The position numbers and the translations under genes were made by a program. Positions 11,554 through 27,885 of a DNA stretch of 64,000 nt are shown in pieces; positions within the stretch are counted from its first letter, which is position 1; every line of letters starts with the position of its first letter. The stretch is taken from assembly GCA_964016885.1 (NCBI GenBank), contig OZ024744.1, positions 54,622,001 to 54,686,000 on the forward strand, written 5' to 3'. The DNA is from Eledone cirrhosa (taxonomy: Eukaryota). The notes beneath the pieces were generated by a model. It ran no database searches and was not told where the DNA came from. It saw only the letters and a program-made list of their open reading frames with translations.

Positions 11554-12245
11554 GGATTCACCGAACTTTTATTATAATGCTCGGTGTGTTTGTAAACGAA
11601 AAACGGAAAAAATGAAATGGAATGGAATTTCCCACTCTTAGTACGGCATTATAATAAATGTTCAGTGAATCCATACGTACATATATATATGTGTGCATGT
11701 ATGTATATATATATACATACTACTGTACGTCTGTATACATATATGTATGTACGTGTACATACTTATATTTAAGTAACAGCCGTACTAAGAGTCGGAAATG
11801 AAATTTCGTTTCATTTTTTCCGTTTATCGTTTTCGGTACCCAGGCCGATTAACTCACTCGATATGCAAATTGGGCTACTCAGCCGTTAATATGCATAAGG
11901 TAAGTATATACGTTCAACAATCTGGCAGGAAGGTATACGTTGCTGACGATAGCTAATAAGCTTGAAACTAGTACAGCGTTCCTTTGTCAGTGTTGAACAA
12001 ACGAGCAACGATGGTTGCTAGACACTACGGCTTAATACGGGATGTCTGTTTACAAACACACCGAGCATTATAATAAATGTTCGGTGAATCCATACGTACA
12101 TATATATATGTGTGCATGTATGTATATATATATACATACTACTGTACGCCTGTATACATATATGTATGTACGTGTACATACTTATATTTAAGTAACAGCC
12201 GTACTAAGAGTGGGAAATGAAATTTCGTTTCATTTTTTCCGTTTA
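11554..12245 (+). mobile_element. PLE pseudo-LTR-like unit: HHR plus tail, with direct and inverted partial copies
   Basis: 11646-11825 is a direct repeat of 12065-12245; 11554-11597 and 11601-11647 are reverse complements of 12048-12091 and 12199-12244. Confidence 0.75.
11938..11978 (+). ncRNA. Minimal type I hammerhead ribozyme
   Basis: CGTTG-CTGACGA-t-AGCT aata AGCT-t-GAAA-CTAG-TA-CAGCG, palindromic stem III; stem I extends as an imperfect rod 11912-11998 (GTTCAACA/TGTTGAAC). Confidence 0.85.
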
Positions 12246-12271
12246 TATATATATATAATATATATATATAT

Positions 12272-12332
<61 letters not shown>

Positions 12333-12419
12333 TATATATATTTCATTTTTTCCGTTTATATATATATATATATTATATATATATATGTGTATATATATAT
12401 ATGTATATATATGTATATA

Positions 12420-12471
<52 letters not shown>

Positions 12472-12806
12472 TATATATGTATGTATATGTACCATCGTTG
12501 CGAAACATATTTAGGTTTCGAGGTTCAAATTCGTCTACGGAGCGGGTTTGGATTTTGAAATTTAGATTTGTCCAGGAATCACGGCCTTTGCCAATATAAG
12601 CTTGTCTTTATTGACTTATATCGAGACAGACAAATTGTATTCACTTTAATTAGTTTATTTCATTAATAGCTAACTTTGTCTGTTACAATGCAAACACGTT
12701 TTGTGTTTATCATATATTTTAATGTATTTAACTGCTCGGAAATGCCCCTTTTCTTGGAGCTGAATTATTGTAAACGACTGAGAGTTTATTCTCAAAATAT
12801 AATATA

Positions 12807-12843
<37 letters not shown>

Positions 12844-13234
12844 CACACACACACATACACACACATATATATACTTCTTTTACTTGAATTCATTCTTAAT
12901 GCATAACATGCTAAATATAGGTTTCAGAGATAATTCAGTGCTGTATACTGAACAAATAAGGAATTGTTTGTTTGCTAATCTATAGTTGTGCAGCTTCCTT
13001 CCATTTAGAAGAAATTCTAGCAATTTCTCACCCAACAATTATCATCCATACACAAGTCCACGACAGAGCAGTCTTCTCTCTTGCACATTGCATCTGATTG
13101 TTTATATAACTTAGTTTTTCCTTCATTACGTCTGTATTTCCAGCAGAGAATTGCTACCCACCATCTACTCTGGACTTCACACATCATCAGCATAAAATGT
13201 TAATGTCACACTGCCATAACAACAGCACACTTAA

Positions 13235-13648
13235 CCCTTTAGCATTTAAACTGGTCGTATCCGGCCAGAGTTCTGTCACCTCTATCCGTTCAAACCAGCT
13301 ATAACTGGCTGTTCATGCTGATATTACGGTGTTATTCACAAGAAAATCATACTGAAATCTCATAAATTCAGATATCATGTGAAATATTTATGTGAGGTAA
13401 AACCATAAAACTATACTAGTATATATAGAGTAATTGTTTCTACTTTAGGCACAAGGCCAGCAATTACCCAGTACATTACGGGTACATTATTTTATCGACC
13501 CCGTAAGGATGAAAGACAAAGTTAACCTCGGCGGGATTTGAACTGAGACTGTAAAGGGACGTAACTATGCTAGAAAGCATGGCGTCCAACCCTCTACCGA
13601 TACTGCCAATTCACCCAGTATATATAGAGTAATGGAAATGCAGAGGGA
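13235..13648. mobile_element. piggyBac-like MITE interrupted by SINE family A (13435-13616, minus)
   Basis: TTAA-CCCTTTAGCATT left end matches the copy at 31602; the SINE is flanked by the 17-bp TSD agtatatatagagtaat (13418-13434 and 13617-13633). Confidence 0.75.
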
Positions 13649-13837
13649 CTGGTATGTGGGGACCATATAAGCTAAGGTTTTCCTCGGAGAGAAAAAAAGA
13701 TCTTGTGTTCCAAGCAAGGCTCAGTGGCGGTTCAGATGAGCCAAGAGAAGATGAGTTCGCAGAGGAAGGGGTGAGGTTTTAAAAGTGACGAGTGGATTTG
13801 GACAAAAGTCTGGTAGAAGATAGGTTTGAGTGGATGG

Positions 13838-16800
13838 CAGTACCACCACAGTACCACCACAGTACCACCACACTACCACCACACTACCACCACAGTACCA
13901 CCACAGTACCATCACACTACCAACACACTACCACCACAGTACCACCACAGTACCACCAGACTACCACCACAGTACCACCACACTACTACCACAGTACCAC
14001 CACACTACCACCACACTACCACCACACTACCACCACACTACCATCACACTACCAACACACTACCACCACATTACCACCACTGTACCACCAGACTACCACC
14101 ACAGTACCACCACACTACTGCCACAGTACCACCACACGACCACCACGCTACCACCACACTACCACCACAGTACCACCACACTACCACCACAGTACCACCA
14201 CAGTACCACCACAGTACAACCATACTACCAACACACTACCACCACACTACCACCACACTACCACCACACTACCACCGAACTACCACCACAGTACAACCAC
14301 ACTACCACCACAGTACCACCACACTACCACCACACTACCACCACAGTACCACCACACTACCACCACACTATCACCAGAGTACCACCACACTACCACCACA
14401 CTATCACCAGAGTACCACCACAATACCACCACACTACCACCACACAACCACCACACTACCACCACAGTACCACCACAGTACCACCACAGTACCACTATGC
14501 TACCACCACAGTACCTCCACACTACCTCCACACTACCACCACAGTACCATCACACTACCACCACAGTACCACCACAGTACCACCACAGTACCATCACAGT
14601 ACCACCACAGCACCACCACACTACCACCACACTACCACCACAGTACCATCACACTAACACCACACTACCACCACACTACCACCACAGTACCACCACAGTA
14701 CCACCACAGTACCACCACACTACCACCACAGTACCACCACAGTACCATCACACTACCACCACACTACCACCACACTACCACCACAGTACCACCACACTAC
14801 CACCACAGTACCACCACAGTACCACCACTCTACCACCACACTACCACCAATCTACCACCACAGTACCACCACACTACCACCACACTACCACCACAGTACC
14901 CCCAATCTACCACCACAGTACCACCACACTACCACCACATGACCGTCACACTACCACCACAGTACCACCACACTACCACCACACTACCGCCACACTACCA
15001 CCACAGTACCACCACAGTACCATCACAGTACCACCACAGTACCACCACACTACAACTACACTACCATCACACTACCACCACAGTACCACCACACTACCAA
15101 CAAACTACCACCACAGTACCACCACACTACCACCACACTACCACCACAGTGCCACCACAGTACCACCACACTACCACCACAGTACCACCACAGTACCATC
15201 ACAGTACCACCACAGTACCACCACACTACAACTACACTACTATCCCACTACCACCACAGTACCACCACACTACCACCACACTACCACCACAGTGCCACCA
15301 CAGTACCATCACAGTACCACCACACTACCACCACACTACCACCACACTACCACCACAGTGCCATCACAGTACCACCACACTACCACCACACTACCACCAC
15401 ACTACCACCACAGTGCCATCACAGTACCACCACACTACAACCACACTACCACCACACTACCACCACACTACCAACACACTACCACCACAGTACCACCACA
15501 CTACCACCACACTACCACCAAACTACCACCACAGTACCACCACAGTACCACCACACTACCACTACAGTACCACCACACTACCACCCCACTATCACCACAC
15601 TACCACCACAGTGCCACCACAGTACCACCACACTACCACAACTGTACCACCACACTACCAGCACATTATCACCACACTACCACCACAGTGCCACCACAGT
15701 ACCACCACACTACCACCACACTACCACCACACTACCATCACACTACCACCACACTACCACCAGAGTACCACCACACTACCACCACACTACCACCACGCTA
15801 CCACCACACTACCACTACAATACCACCACAGTACCACCACAGTACCACCACACTACCACCACAGTACTACCATAGTACCACCACAGTGCCACCACAGTAC
15901 CACCACACTACCACCACACTACCACCACACTACCACCAAACTACCACCACACTACCACCACACTACCACCCCAGTACCACCACACTACCACCCCAGTACC
16001 ACCACACTACCACCACACTACCACCACAGTACCATCACAGTACCACCACACTACCACCACAGTAACACCACCACAGTACCACCACACTACCACCACAGTA
16101 CCACCACACTACCACCACAGTACCACCACAGTACCACCACACTACCACCACAGTACCACCACACTACCACCACACTACCACCACAGTACCATCACAGTAC
16201 CACCACAGTACCACCACAGTAACACCACCACAGTACCACCACACTACCACCACACTACCACCACAGTACCACCACAGTACCATCACAGTACCACCACAGC
16301 ACCACCACACTACCACCACACTACCACCACAGTACCACCACACTACCACCACACTACCACCACAGTACCACCACAGTACCACCACAGTACCATCACACTA
16401 CCACCACACTACCACCACAGTACCACCACAGTACCATCACACTACCACCACACTACCACCACAGTACCACCACAGTACCACCACACTACCACCACAGTAC
16501 CACCACAGTACCACCACTCTACCACCACACTACCACCAAACTACCACCCCAGTACCACCACACTACCACCAATCTACCACCACAGTACCACCACACTACC
16601 ACCACATGACCGTCACACTACCACCACAGTACCACCACACTACCACCACACTACCGCCACACTACCACCACAGTACCACCACAGTACCATCACAGTACCA
16701 CCACAGTACCACCACACTACAACTACACTACCATCACACTACCACCACAGTACCACCACACTACCAACAAACTACCACCACAGTACCACCACACTACCAG

Positions 16801-19800
16801 CACACTACCACCACAGTGCCACCACAGTACCACCACACTACCACCACAGTACCACCACAGTACCATCACAGTACCACCACAGTACCACCACACTACAACT
16901 ACACTACTATCCCACTACCACCACAGTACCACCACACTACCACCACACTACCACCACAGTGCCACCACACTACCACCACACTACCACCACAGTGCCATCA
17001 CAGTACCACCACACTACAACCACACTACCACCACACTACCACCACACTACCAACACACTACCACCACCACAGTACCACCACACTACCACCACACTACCAC
17101 CACAGTACCACCCCACTACCACCACAGTACCACCACACTACCACCACACTACCACCACTCTACCACCACAGTACCACAACAGTACCACCACAGTACCACC
17201 ACACTAACAACACATTACCACCATACTACCACCACACTACCACCTCAGTACCACCACAGTACCATCACACTACCACCACACTACCGCCACACTACCACCA
17301 CAGTACCACCACACTACCACCACACTACTGCCACACTACCACCACAGTACCACCACAGTACCATCACACTACCACCACACTACCACCAAACTACCACCAC
17401 ACTACCACCACACTACAACCACAGTACCACCACACTACCACCAAACTACCACCACACTACCACCACACTACCACCACACTACCACCACACTACCACCACA
17501 GTACCACCACACTACCACCACACTACCACCACAGTACCACCACACTACCACCACAGTACCACCACACTACCCCCACACTACCACCTACCTACCACCACAG
17601 TACCACCACACTACCACCACACTACCACCACACTACCACCACACTACCACCTACCTACCACCACAGTACCACCACAGTACCACCACAGTACCACCACACT
17701 ACCACCACATTACCACCATACTACCACCACACTACCACCTCAGTACCACCACAGTACCACCACACTACCACCACACTACCGCCACACTACCACCACAGTA
17801 CCACCACACAACCACCACACTACCGCCACACTACCACCACAGTACCACCACAGTACCATCACAGTACCACCACAGTACCACCACACTACCACTACACTAC
17901 CATCACACTACCACCACAGTACCACCGCACTACCACCACAGTACCACCGCACTACTACCACAGTACCACCACACTACCACTACAGTACCACCGCACTACT
18001 ACCACATTACCACCACACTACCACCACAGTACCACCACAGTACCACCACTCTACCACCACACTACCACCAAAGTACCACCACACTACCACCACAGTACCT
18101 CCAAAGTACCACTAACTACCACCACACTACCACCACACTACCACCACACTACCACCACAGTACCACCACACTACCACCACACTACCACCACAGTACCACC
18201 ACAGTACCATCACACTAACACCACACTACCACCACACTACCACCACAGTACCACCACAGTACCACCACAGTACCACCACACTACCACCACAGTACCACCA
18301 CAGTACCATCACACTAACACCACACTACCACCACAGTACCACCACAGTACCACCACACTACCACCACAGTACCACCACAGTACCACCACTCTACCACCAC
18401 ACTACCACCAAACTACCACCCCAGTACCACCACACTACCACCACAGTACCACCACACTACCACCACATGACCGTCACACTACCACCACAGTACCACCACA
18501 GTACCATCACAGTACCACCACACTACCACCACACTACCGCCACACTACCACCACAGTACCACCACACTACCATCACAGTACCACCACACTACCACCACAC
18601 TACCGCCACACTACCACCACAGTACCACCACACTACCATCACAGTACCACCACACTACCACCACACTACCGCCACACTACCACCACAGTACCGCCACAGT
18701 ACCATCACAGTACCACCACAGTACCACCACACTACAACTACACTACCACCACAGTGCCACCACAGTACCACCACACTACCATCACAGTACCACCTCACTA
18801 CAACCACACTACCACCACACTACCACCACACTACCACCACAGTACCACCACACTACCACCACACTACCACCAAACTACCACCACAGTACCACCACAGTAC
18901 CACCACAGTACCACTACAGTACCACCACACTACCACCCCACTATCACCACACTACCACCACAGTGCCACCACAGTACCACCACACTACCACAACTGTACC
19001 ACCACACTACCACCACATTATCACCACACTACCACCACAGTGCCACCACAGTACCACCACACTACCACCACACTACCACCACACTACCATCACACTACCA
19101 CCACACTACCACCAGAGTACCACCACACTACCACCACACTACCACCACGCTACCACCACAGTACCACTACAATACCACCACAGTACCACCACAGTACCAC
19201 CACACTACCACCACAGTACTACCATAGTACCACCACAGTGCCACCACAGTACCACCACACTACCACCACAGTACTACCATAGTACCACCACAGTGCCACC
19301 ACAGTACCACCACACTACCAGCACAGTACCACCACACTACCACCACACTACCACCAAACTACCACCACACTATTACCACACTACCACCCCAGTACCACCA
19401 CACTACCACCACAGTACCACCACACTACCACCACACTACCACCACACTACCACCACAGTACCACCACACTACCACCACAGTACCACCACAGTACCACCAC
19501 ACTACCACCACTCTACCACCACAGTAGCACCACAGTACCACCACACTACCACCACACTACCACCACACTACCACCACACTACCACCACACTACCACCTCA
19601 GTACCACCACAGTACCACCAAACTACCACCACACTACCGCCACACTACCACCACAGTACCAACACACTACCACCACACTACCGCTACACTACCACCACAG
19701 TACGGCCACAGTACCATCACAGTACCACCACAGTACCACCACACTACCACTACACTACCACTACACTACCATCACACTACCACCACACTACCACCACAGT

Positions 19801-22800
19801 ACCACCACAGTACCACCACACAACCACCACACTACCACCACAGTACCACCACAGTACCACCACAGTGTCACCACAGTACCGCCACACTACCACCACAGTA
19901 CCACCACAGTACCACCACAGTACCACCACACTACCACCTCAGTAACACCACACTACCACCACAGTACCACCACAGTAGCACCACAGTACCACCACAGTAC
20001 CACCACAGTACCACCACAGTACCACCACACTACCGCCAAACTACCACCACAGTACCACCACACTACCACCACAGTACCACCACACTACCAACAAACTACC
20101 ACCACAGTACCACCACAGTACCACCACACTACCACCACACTACCACCACAGTACCCTCACACTACCACCGCACTACCACCACAGTACCACCACACTACCA
20201 CCACACTACCACCACAGTACCACTACAGTACCACTACAGTACCACAACAGTACCACAACAGTACCACCAGAGTACCACCACAGTACCACCACAGTACCAC
20301 CACACTACCACCACACTACCACCAATCTACCACCACAGTACCACCACATTACCACCACAGTACCACCACAGTACCACCACACTACCACCACACTACCACC
20401 ACAGTACCACCACAGTACCACCACAGTACCACCACACTACCGCCACACTACCACCACAGTACCACCACACTACCACCACAGTACCACCACATGACCGTCA
20501 CACTACCACCACAGTACCACCACACTACCACCACACTACCGCCACACTACCACCACAGTACCACCACAGTACCATCACAGTACCACCACAGTACCACCAC
20601 ACTACAACTACACTACCATCACACTACCACCACAGTACCACCACACTACCAACAAACTACCACCACAGTACCACAACACTACCACCACACTACCACCACA
20701 GTTCCACCACAGTACCACCACACTACCACCACACTACCACCACAGTGCCACCACACTACCACCACACTACCACCACAGTGCCATCACAGTACCACCACAC
20801 TACAACCACACTACCACCACACTACCACCACACTACCACCACACTACCACCAAACTACCACCACAGTACCACCACAGTACCACCACATTACCACTACAGT
20901 ACCACCACACTACCACCCCACTATCACCACACTACCACCACAGTGCCACCACAGTACCACCACACTACCACAACTGTACCACCACACTACCAGCACATTA
21001 TCACCACACTACCACCACAGTGCCACCACAGTACCACCACACTACCACCACACTACCACCACACTACCATCACACTACCACCACACTACCACCAGAGTAC
21101 CACCACACTACCACCACACTACCACCACGCTACCACCACACTACCACTACAATACCACCACAGTACCACCACAGTACCACCACACTACCACCACAGTAAT
21201 ACCATAGTACCACCACAGTGCCACCACAGTACCACCACACTACCACCACAGTACCACCACACTACCACCACACTACCACCAAACTACCACCACACTACCA
21301 CCACACTACCACCCCAGTACCACCACACTACCACCACAGTACCACCACACTACCACCACACTACCACCACAGTACCATCACAGTACCACCACACTACCAC
21401 CACAGTAACACCACCACACTACCGCCACACTACCACCACAGTACCACCACACTACCACCACACTACTGCCACACTACCACCACAGTACCACCACAGTACC
21501 ATCACACTACCACCACACTACCACCAAACTACCACCACACTACCACCACACTACAACCACAGTACCACCACACTACCACCAAACTACCACCACACTACCA
21601 CCACACTACCACCACACTACCACCACACTACCACCACAGTACCACCACACTACCACCACACTACCACCACAGTACCACCACACTAACACCACACTACCTC
21701 CACACTACCAACACATACCGCCACACTAACACCACACTAATTCCACACTACCACCACACTACCACCACAGTACTACCACAGTACCACCACACTACCACCA
21801 CACTACCACCACAGTACCTCTACAGTACCACTACACTACCACCACACTACCACCAAAGTACCACCACACTACCACCACATTACCACAACAGTACCACCAC
21901 AGTACCACCACAGTACCACCACACTACCACCACACTACCACCACAGTGCCACCACACTACCACCACACTACCACCACAGTGCCATCACAGTACCACCACA
22001 CTACAACCACACTACCACCACACTACCACCACACTACCAACACACTACCACCACAGTACCACCACACTACCACCACACTACCACCAAACTACCACCACAG
22101 TACCACCACAGTACCACCACACTACCACTACAGTACCACCACACTACCACCCCACTATCACCAGACTACCACCACAGTGCCACCACAGTACCACCACACT
22201 ACCACCACACTACCACCACACTACCATCACACTACCACCACACTACCACCAGAGTACCACCACACTACCACCACACTACCACCACACTACCACTACAATA
22301 CCACCACAGTACCACCACAGTACCACCACACTACCACCACAGTACTACCATAGTACCACCACAGTGCCACCACAGTACCACCACACTACCACCACACTAC
22401 CACCACACTACCACCAAACTACCACCACAGTACCACCACAGTACCACCCCAGTACCACCACACTACCACCACAGTACCACCACACTACCACCACACTACC
22501 ACCACAGTACCATCACAGTACCACCACACTACCACCACAGTAACACCACCACAGTACCACCACACTACCACCACAGTACCACCACACTACCACCACAGTA
22601 CCACCACAGTACCACCACACTACCACCACAGTACCACCACACTACCACCACACTACCACCACAGTACCCCCACTCTACCACCACACTACCACCACACTAC
22701 CACCACAGTACCACCACAGTACCACCACAGTACCACCACAGTACCACCACACTACCACCACTCTACCACCACAGTGCCACCACAGTACCACCACACTACC

Positions 22801-25800
22801 ACCACACTACCACCAAACTACCACCACACTACCAACAAACTACCACCACAGTACCACCACAGTACCACCACACTACCACCACAGTACCACCACACTACCA
22901 CCACACTACCACCACACTACCATCACACTACTACCACACTACCACCAGAGTACCACCACACTACCACCACAGTACCACCACACTACCACCACGCTACCAC
23001 CACACTACCACTACAATACCACCACAGTACCACCACAGTACCACCACACTACCACCACAGTACTACCATAGTACCACCACAGTGCCACCACAGTACCACC
23101 ACACTACCACCACAGTACCACCACACTACCACCACACTACCACCAAACTACCACCAATCTACCACCACAGTACCACCACATTACCACCAAAGTACCACCA
23201 AACTACCACCACACTACCACCACACTACCACCACAGTACCATCACACTTCCACCACAGTACCACCACACTACCACCACACTACCACCACACTACCATCAC
23301 ACTACCACCACACTACCACCAGAGTACCACCACACTACCACCACACTACCACCACGCTACCACCACACTACCACTACAATACCACCACAGTACCACCACA
23401 GTACCACCACACTACCACCACAGTACTACCATAGTACCACCACAGTGCCACCACAGTACCACCACACTACCACCACAGTACCACCACACTACCACCACAC
23501 TACCACCAAACTACCACCACACTACCACCACACTACCACCACAGTACCACCACACTACCACCACAGTACCACCACAGTACCACCACACTACCACCACAGT
23601 ACCACCACATTACCACCACACTACCACCACAGTACCACCACACTACCACCAAACTACCACCACACTACCACCACACTACCACCACAGTACCACCACACTA
23701 CCACCACACTACCACCACAGTAACACCACCACAGTACCACCACACTACCACCACACTACCACCACAGTACCACCACACTACCACCACTCTACCACCACAG
23801 TACCACCACAGTACCACCGCAGTACCACCACACTACCACCACACTACCACCACAGTAGCACCACCACAGTACCACCACACTACCACCACACTACCACCAC
23901 AGTACGACCACACTACCGCCACACTACCGCCACACTACCACCACAGTACCAACACACTACCACCACACTACCGCTACACTACCACCACAGTACGGCCACA
24001 GTACCATCACAGTACCACCACAGTACCACCACACTACCACTACACTACCACTACACTACCATCACACTACCACCACACTACCACCACAGTACCACCACAG
24101 TACCACCACACAACCACCACACTACCACCACAGTACCACCACAGTACCACCACAGTGTCACCACAGTACCGCCACACTACCACCACAGTACCACCACAGT
24201 ACCACCACAGTACCACCACACTACCACCTCAGTAACACCACACTACCACCACAGTACCACCACAGTAGCACCACAGTACCACCACACTACCGCCACACTA
24301 CCACCACAGTACCACCACACTACCACCACAGTACCACCACACTACCAACAAACTACCACCACAGTACCACCACAGTACCACCACACTACCACCACACTAC
24401 CACCACAGTACCCTCACACTACCACCGCACTACCACCACAGTACCACCACACTACCACCATACTACCACCACAGTACCACTACAGTACCACTACAGTACC
24501 ACAACAGTACCACAACAGTACCACCAGAGTACCACCACAGTACCACCACAGTACCACCACACTACCACCACACTACCACCAATCTACCACCACAGTACCA
24601 CCACATTACCACCACAGTACCACCAAACTACCACCACACTACCACCACACTACCACCACAGTACCACCACAGTACCACCACAGTACCACCACACTACCGC
24701 CACACTACCACCACAGTACCACCACACTACCACCACAGTACCACCACATGACCGTCACACTACCACCACAGTACCACCACACTACCACCACACTACCGCC
24801 ACACTACCACCACAGTACCACCACAGTACCATCACAGTACCACCACAGTACCACCACACTACAACTACACTACCATCACACTACCACCACAGTACCACCA
24901 CACTACCAACAAACTACCACCACAGTACCACAACACTACCACCACACTACCACCACAGTTCCACCACAGTACCACCACACTACCACCACAGTACCACCAC
25001 AGTACCACCACAGTACCACCAGACTACAACTACACTACTATCACACTACCACCACAGTACCACCACACTACCACCACACTACCACCACAGTGCCACCACA
25101 CTACCACCACACTACCACCACAGTGCCATCACAGTACCACCACACTACAACCACACTACCACCACACTACCACCACACTACCACCACACTACCACCAAAC
25201 TACCACCACAGTACCACCACAGTACCACCACATTACCACTACAGTACCACCACACTACCACCCCACTATCACCACACTACCACCACAGTGCCACCACAGT
25301 ACCACCACACTACCACAACTGTACCACCACACTACCAGCACATTATCACCACACTACCACCACAGTGCCACCACAGTACCACCACACTACCACCACACTA
25401 CCACCACACTACCATCACACTACCACCACACTACCACCAGAGTACCACCACACTACCACCACACTACCACCACGCTACCACCACACTACCACTACAATAC
25501 CACCACAGTACCACCACAGTACCACCACACTACCACCACAGTACTACCATAGTACCACCACAGTGCCACCACAGTACCACCACACTACCACCACAGTACC
25601 ACCACACTACCACCACACTACCACCAAACTACCACCACACTACCACCACACTACCACCCCAGTACCACCACACTACCACCACAGTACCACCACACTACCA
25701 CCACACTACCACCACAGTACCATCACAGTACCACCACACTACCACCACAGTAACACCACCACACTACCGCCACACTACCACCACAGTACCACCACACTAC

Positions 25801-26551
25801 CACCACACTACTGCCACACTACCACCACAGTACCACCACAGTACCATCACACTACCACCACACTACCACCAAACTACCACCACACTACCACCACACTACA
25901 ACCACAGTACCACCACACTACCACCAAACTACCACCACACTACCACCACACTACCACCACACTACCACCACACTACCACCACAGTACCACCACACTACCA
26001 CCACACTACCACCACAGTACCACCACACTACCACCACAGTACCACCACACTACCACCACAGTACCACCACACTAACACCACACTACCTCCACACTACCAA
26101 CACATACCGCCACACTAACACCACACTAATTCCACACTACCACCACACTACCACCACAGTACTACCACAGTACCACCACACTACCACCACACTACCACCA
26201 CAGTACCTCTACAGTACCACTACACTACCACCACACTACCACCAAAGTACCACCACACTACCACCACATTACCACAACAGTACCACCACAGTACCACCAC
26301 AGTACCACCACACTACCACCACAGTACCACCACACTACCACCACACTACCACCACAGTACCCCCACTCTACCACCACACTACCACCACATTACCACCACA
26401 CTACCACCACAGTACCACCAGACTATCAACACAGTACCACCACAGTACCACCACAGTACCACCACACTACCACCACACTACCACCAGACTACCAACACAG
26501 TATCACCACAGTACCACCACTCTACCACCACACTACTACCACAGTACCACA
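13838..26551. repeat. 12.7-kb tandem satellite, 11-bp unit TACCACCACA(C/G)
   Basis: Continuous array of taccaccacac and taccaccacag with scattered variants; recurring variant blocks show higher-order duplication. Confidence 0.97.
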
Positions 26552-27467
26552 TGTGTCATGAAGCAACCTTTATATGTTAATCTTGACAATGTGGTGAAGA
26601 ATACATGCAATTTTTGTTTACGTTGCAGTTCAATGTAACCCTTTGTTACAATGTTGTAGAGGCTTTATATATGCTAAAATATGTTAATATATGCTAATTT
26701 ATGTGGGATTAACAGTTACTATAATACTTTCTTCTTCAGTTCACTGAGGGGTATTGTCAATGAATGACCAATTCCTGTTTACCTTTATCATGAAATCAGA
26801 TGCAAATTTACATGTAGCACACACATACACACACTCATACACTTATTGATACCCACATACATGTATACAGGTTTATTTAGGGTTATGTAATATATGCTGT
26901 TTTTTATAAACCCTTTGGACTGGTCATATTTTTTACAATGCAGGGGTACTAACAATTTTATCTTAGGTATAACTTCTGACTACAATATGTGAGACTTTCA
27001 AACGAGACTCCAACCGAACTCCTGACAATTCTGACACATTGTTTATTTATAATAATCTGCTGAGCCCGCTGAGTCCATTTCTTCAATTCCAAAGGGGTGT
27101 TCACCACAACACTGTCGAAACTATTTTCTTCTATTTCCTTTATATTTTTCTCTTCTTGGCTAAACTACGGCTCACCTTGTTTCTATCTCTTCCGTTTCAG
27201 TTGAAGCACATTTGTTTGTAGCATTTGTTTGGGAGGGGCTTTATGCGTGTAATTGGTCAATAGCCACAGTTTATCCTATGTCATCCTGTTTTGTTCTATT
27301 AATGTCCCATTGTGCACAGAAATGAATAGTATCAACTTTAATTTCCCAAAACTATAAGGATGTCCAGACTTTGACTGATGAGACGTTCACCCTCCAGTTT
27401 TCAGTTGCTTTTTTTCTGTTTTCCTTTTTCCTTGTCTTGTGTGTGTGTGTCCCCACTCCCGCACCCA

Positions 27468-27498
<31 letters not shown>

Positions 27499-27567
27499 AG
27501 CATGAACCTAATACTAACACTGTTTGTACTGCACTCTTCATTATTGTTTTTGTTTTTTGTTTTTAAC

Positions 27568-27599
<32 letters not shown>

Positions 27600-27613
27600 C
27601 TCGTATATATATA

Positions 27614-27885
27614 TTGAAAATAGAATTAGAAGCTCTCACTGTATATAGACTTCAGAAAATAGTCAAATATTAGGGCATATGCAATCCCTTAACAAAAAAA
27701 AAATGGGCTTTAGCATGCAGGTGATGGTGTAATCGGCTAACTCACTTATCACGAAAATTAAATATGTGGTTCTGATTCCCAAGTAAGCTAACGCCCTTTT
27801 TTCCCATTTTGGAGGTTCATATGCCCTAATATTAGATTATTTCCTATAGTCAATATACAGTGATAGCTTTTAATTCTGTTTTCAA
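27614..27885. mobile_element. Foldback element with ~75-100-bp inverted arms around a tRNA-like core
   Basis: TTGAAAATAGAATTAGAAGCT.TCACTGTATAT.GACT..AATATTAGGGCATATG pairs with CATATGCCCTAATATT..AGTC.ATATACAGTGA.AGCTTTTAATTCTGTTTTCAA; the loop has TGGTGTAATCGG (A-box-like) and GGTTCTGATTCCC (B-box-like). Confidence 0.6.

Noticed and set aside
13110-13200. CTGATGA...GAAA on the minus strand
   Set aside because: No stem I; the sequence reads as FYADDV, more likely an old LINE RT remnant.
13792-26118. Very long Pro/His/Thr-rich ORFs (up to 1114 aa)
   Set aside because: The 11-bp unit has no stop codon on plus, so all three frames are open and give the same periodic peptide; frames break at random variants. 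No evidence of coding.
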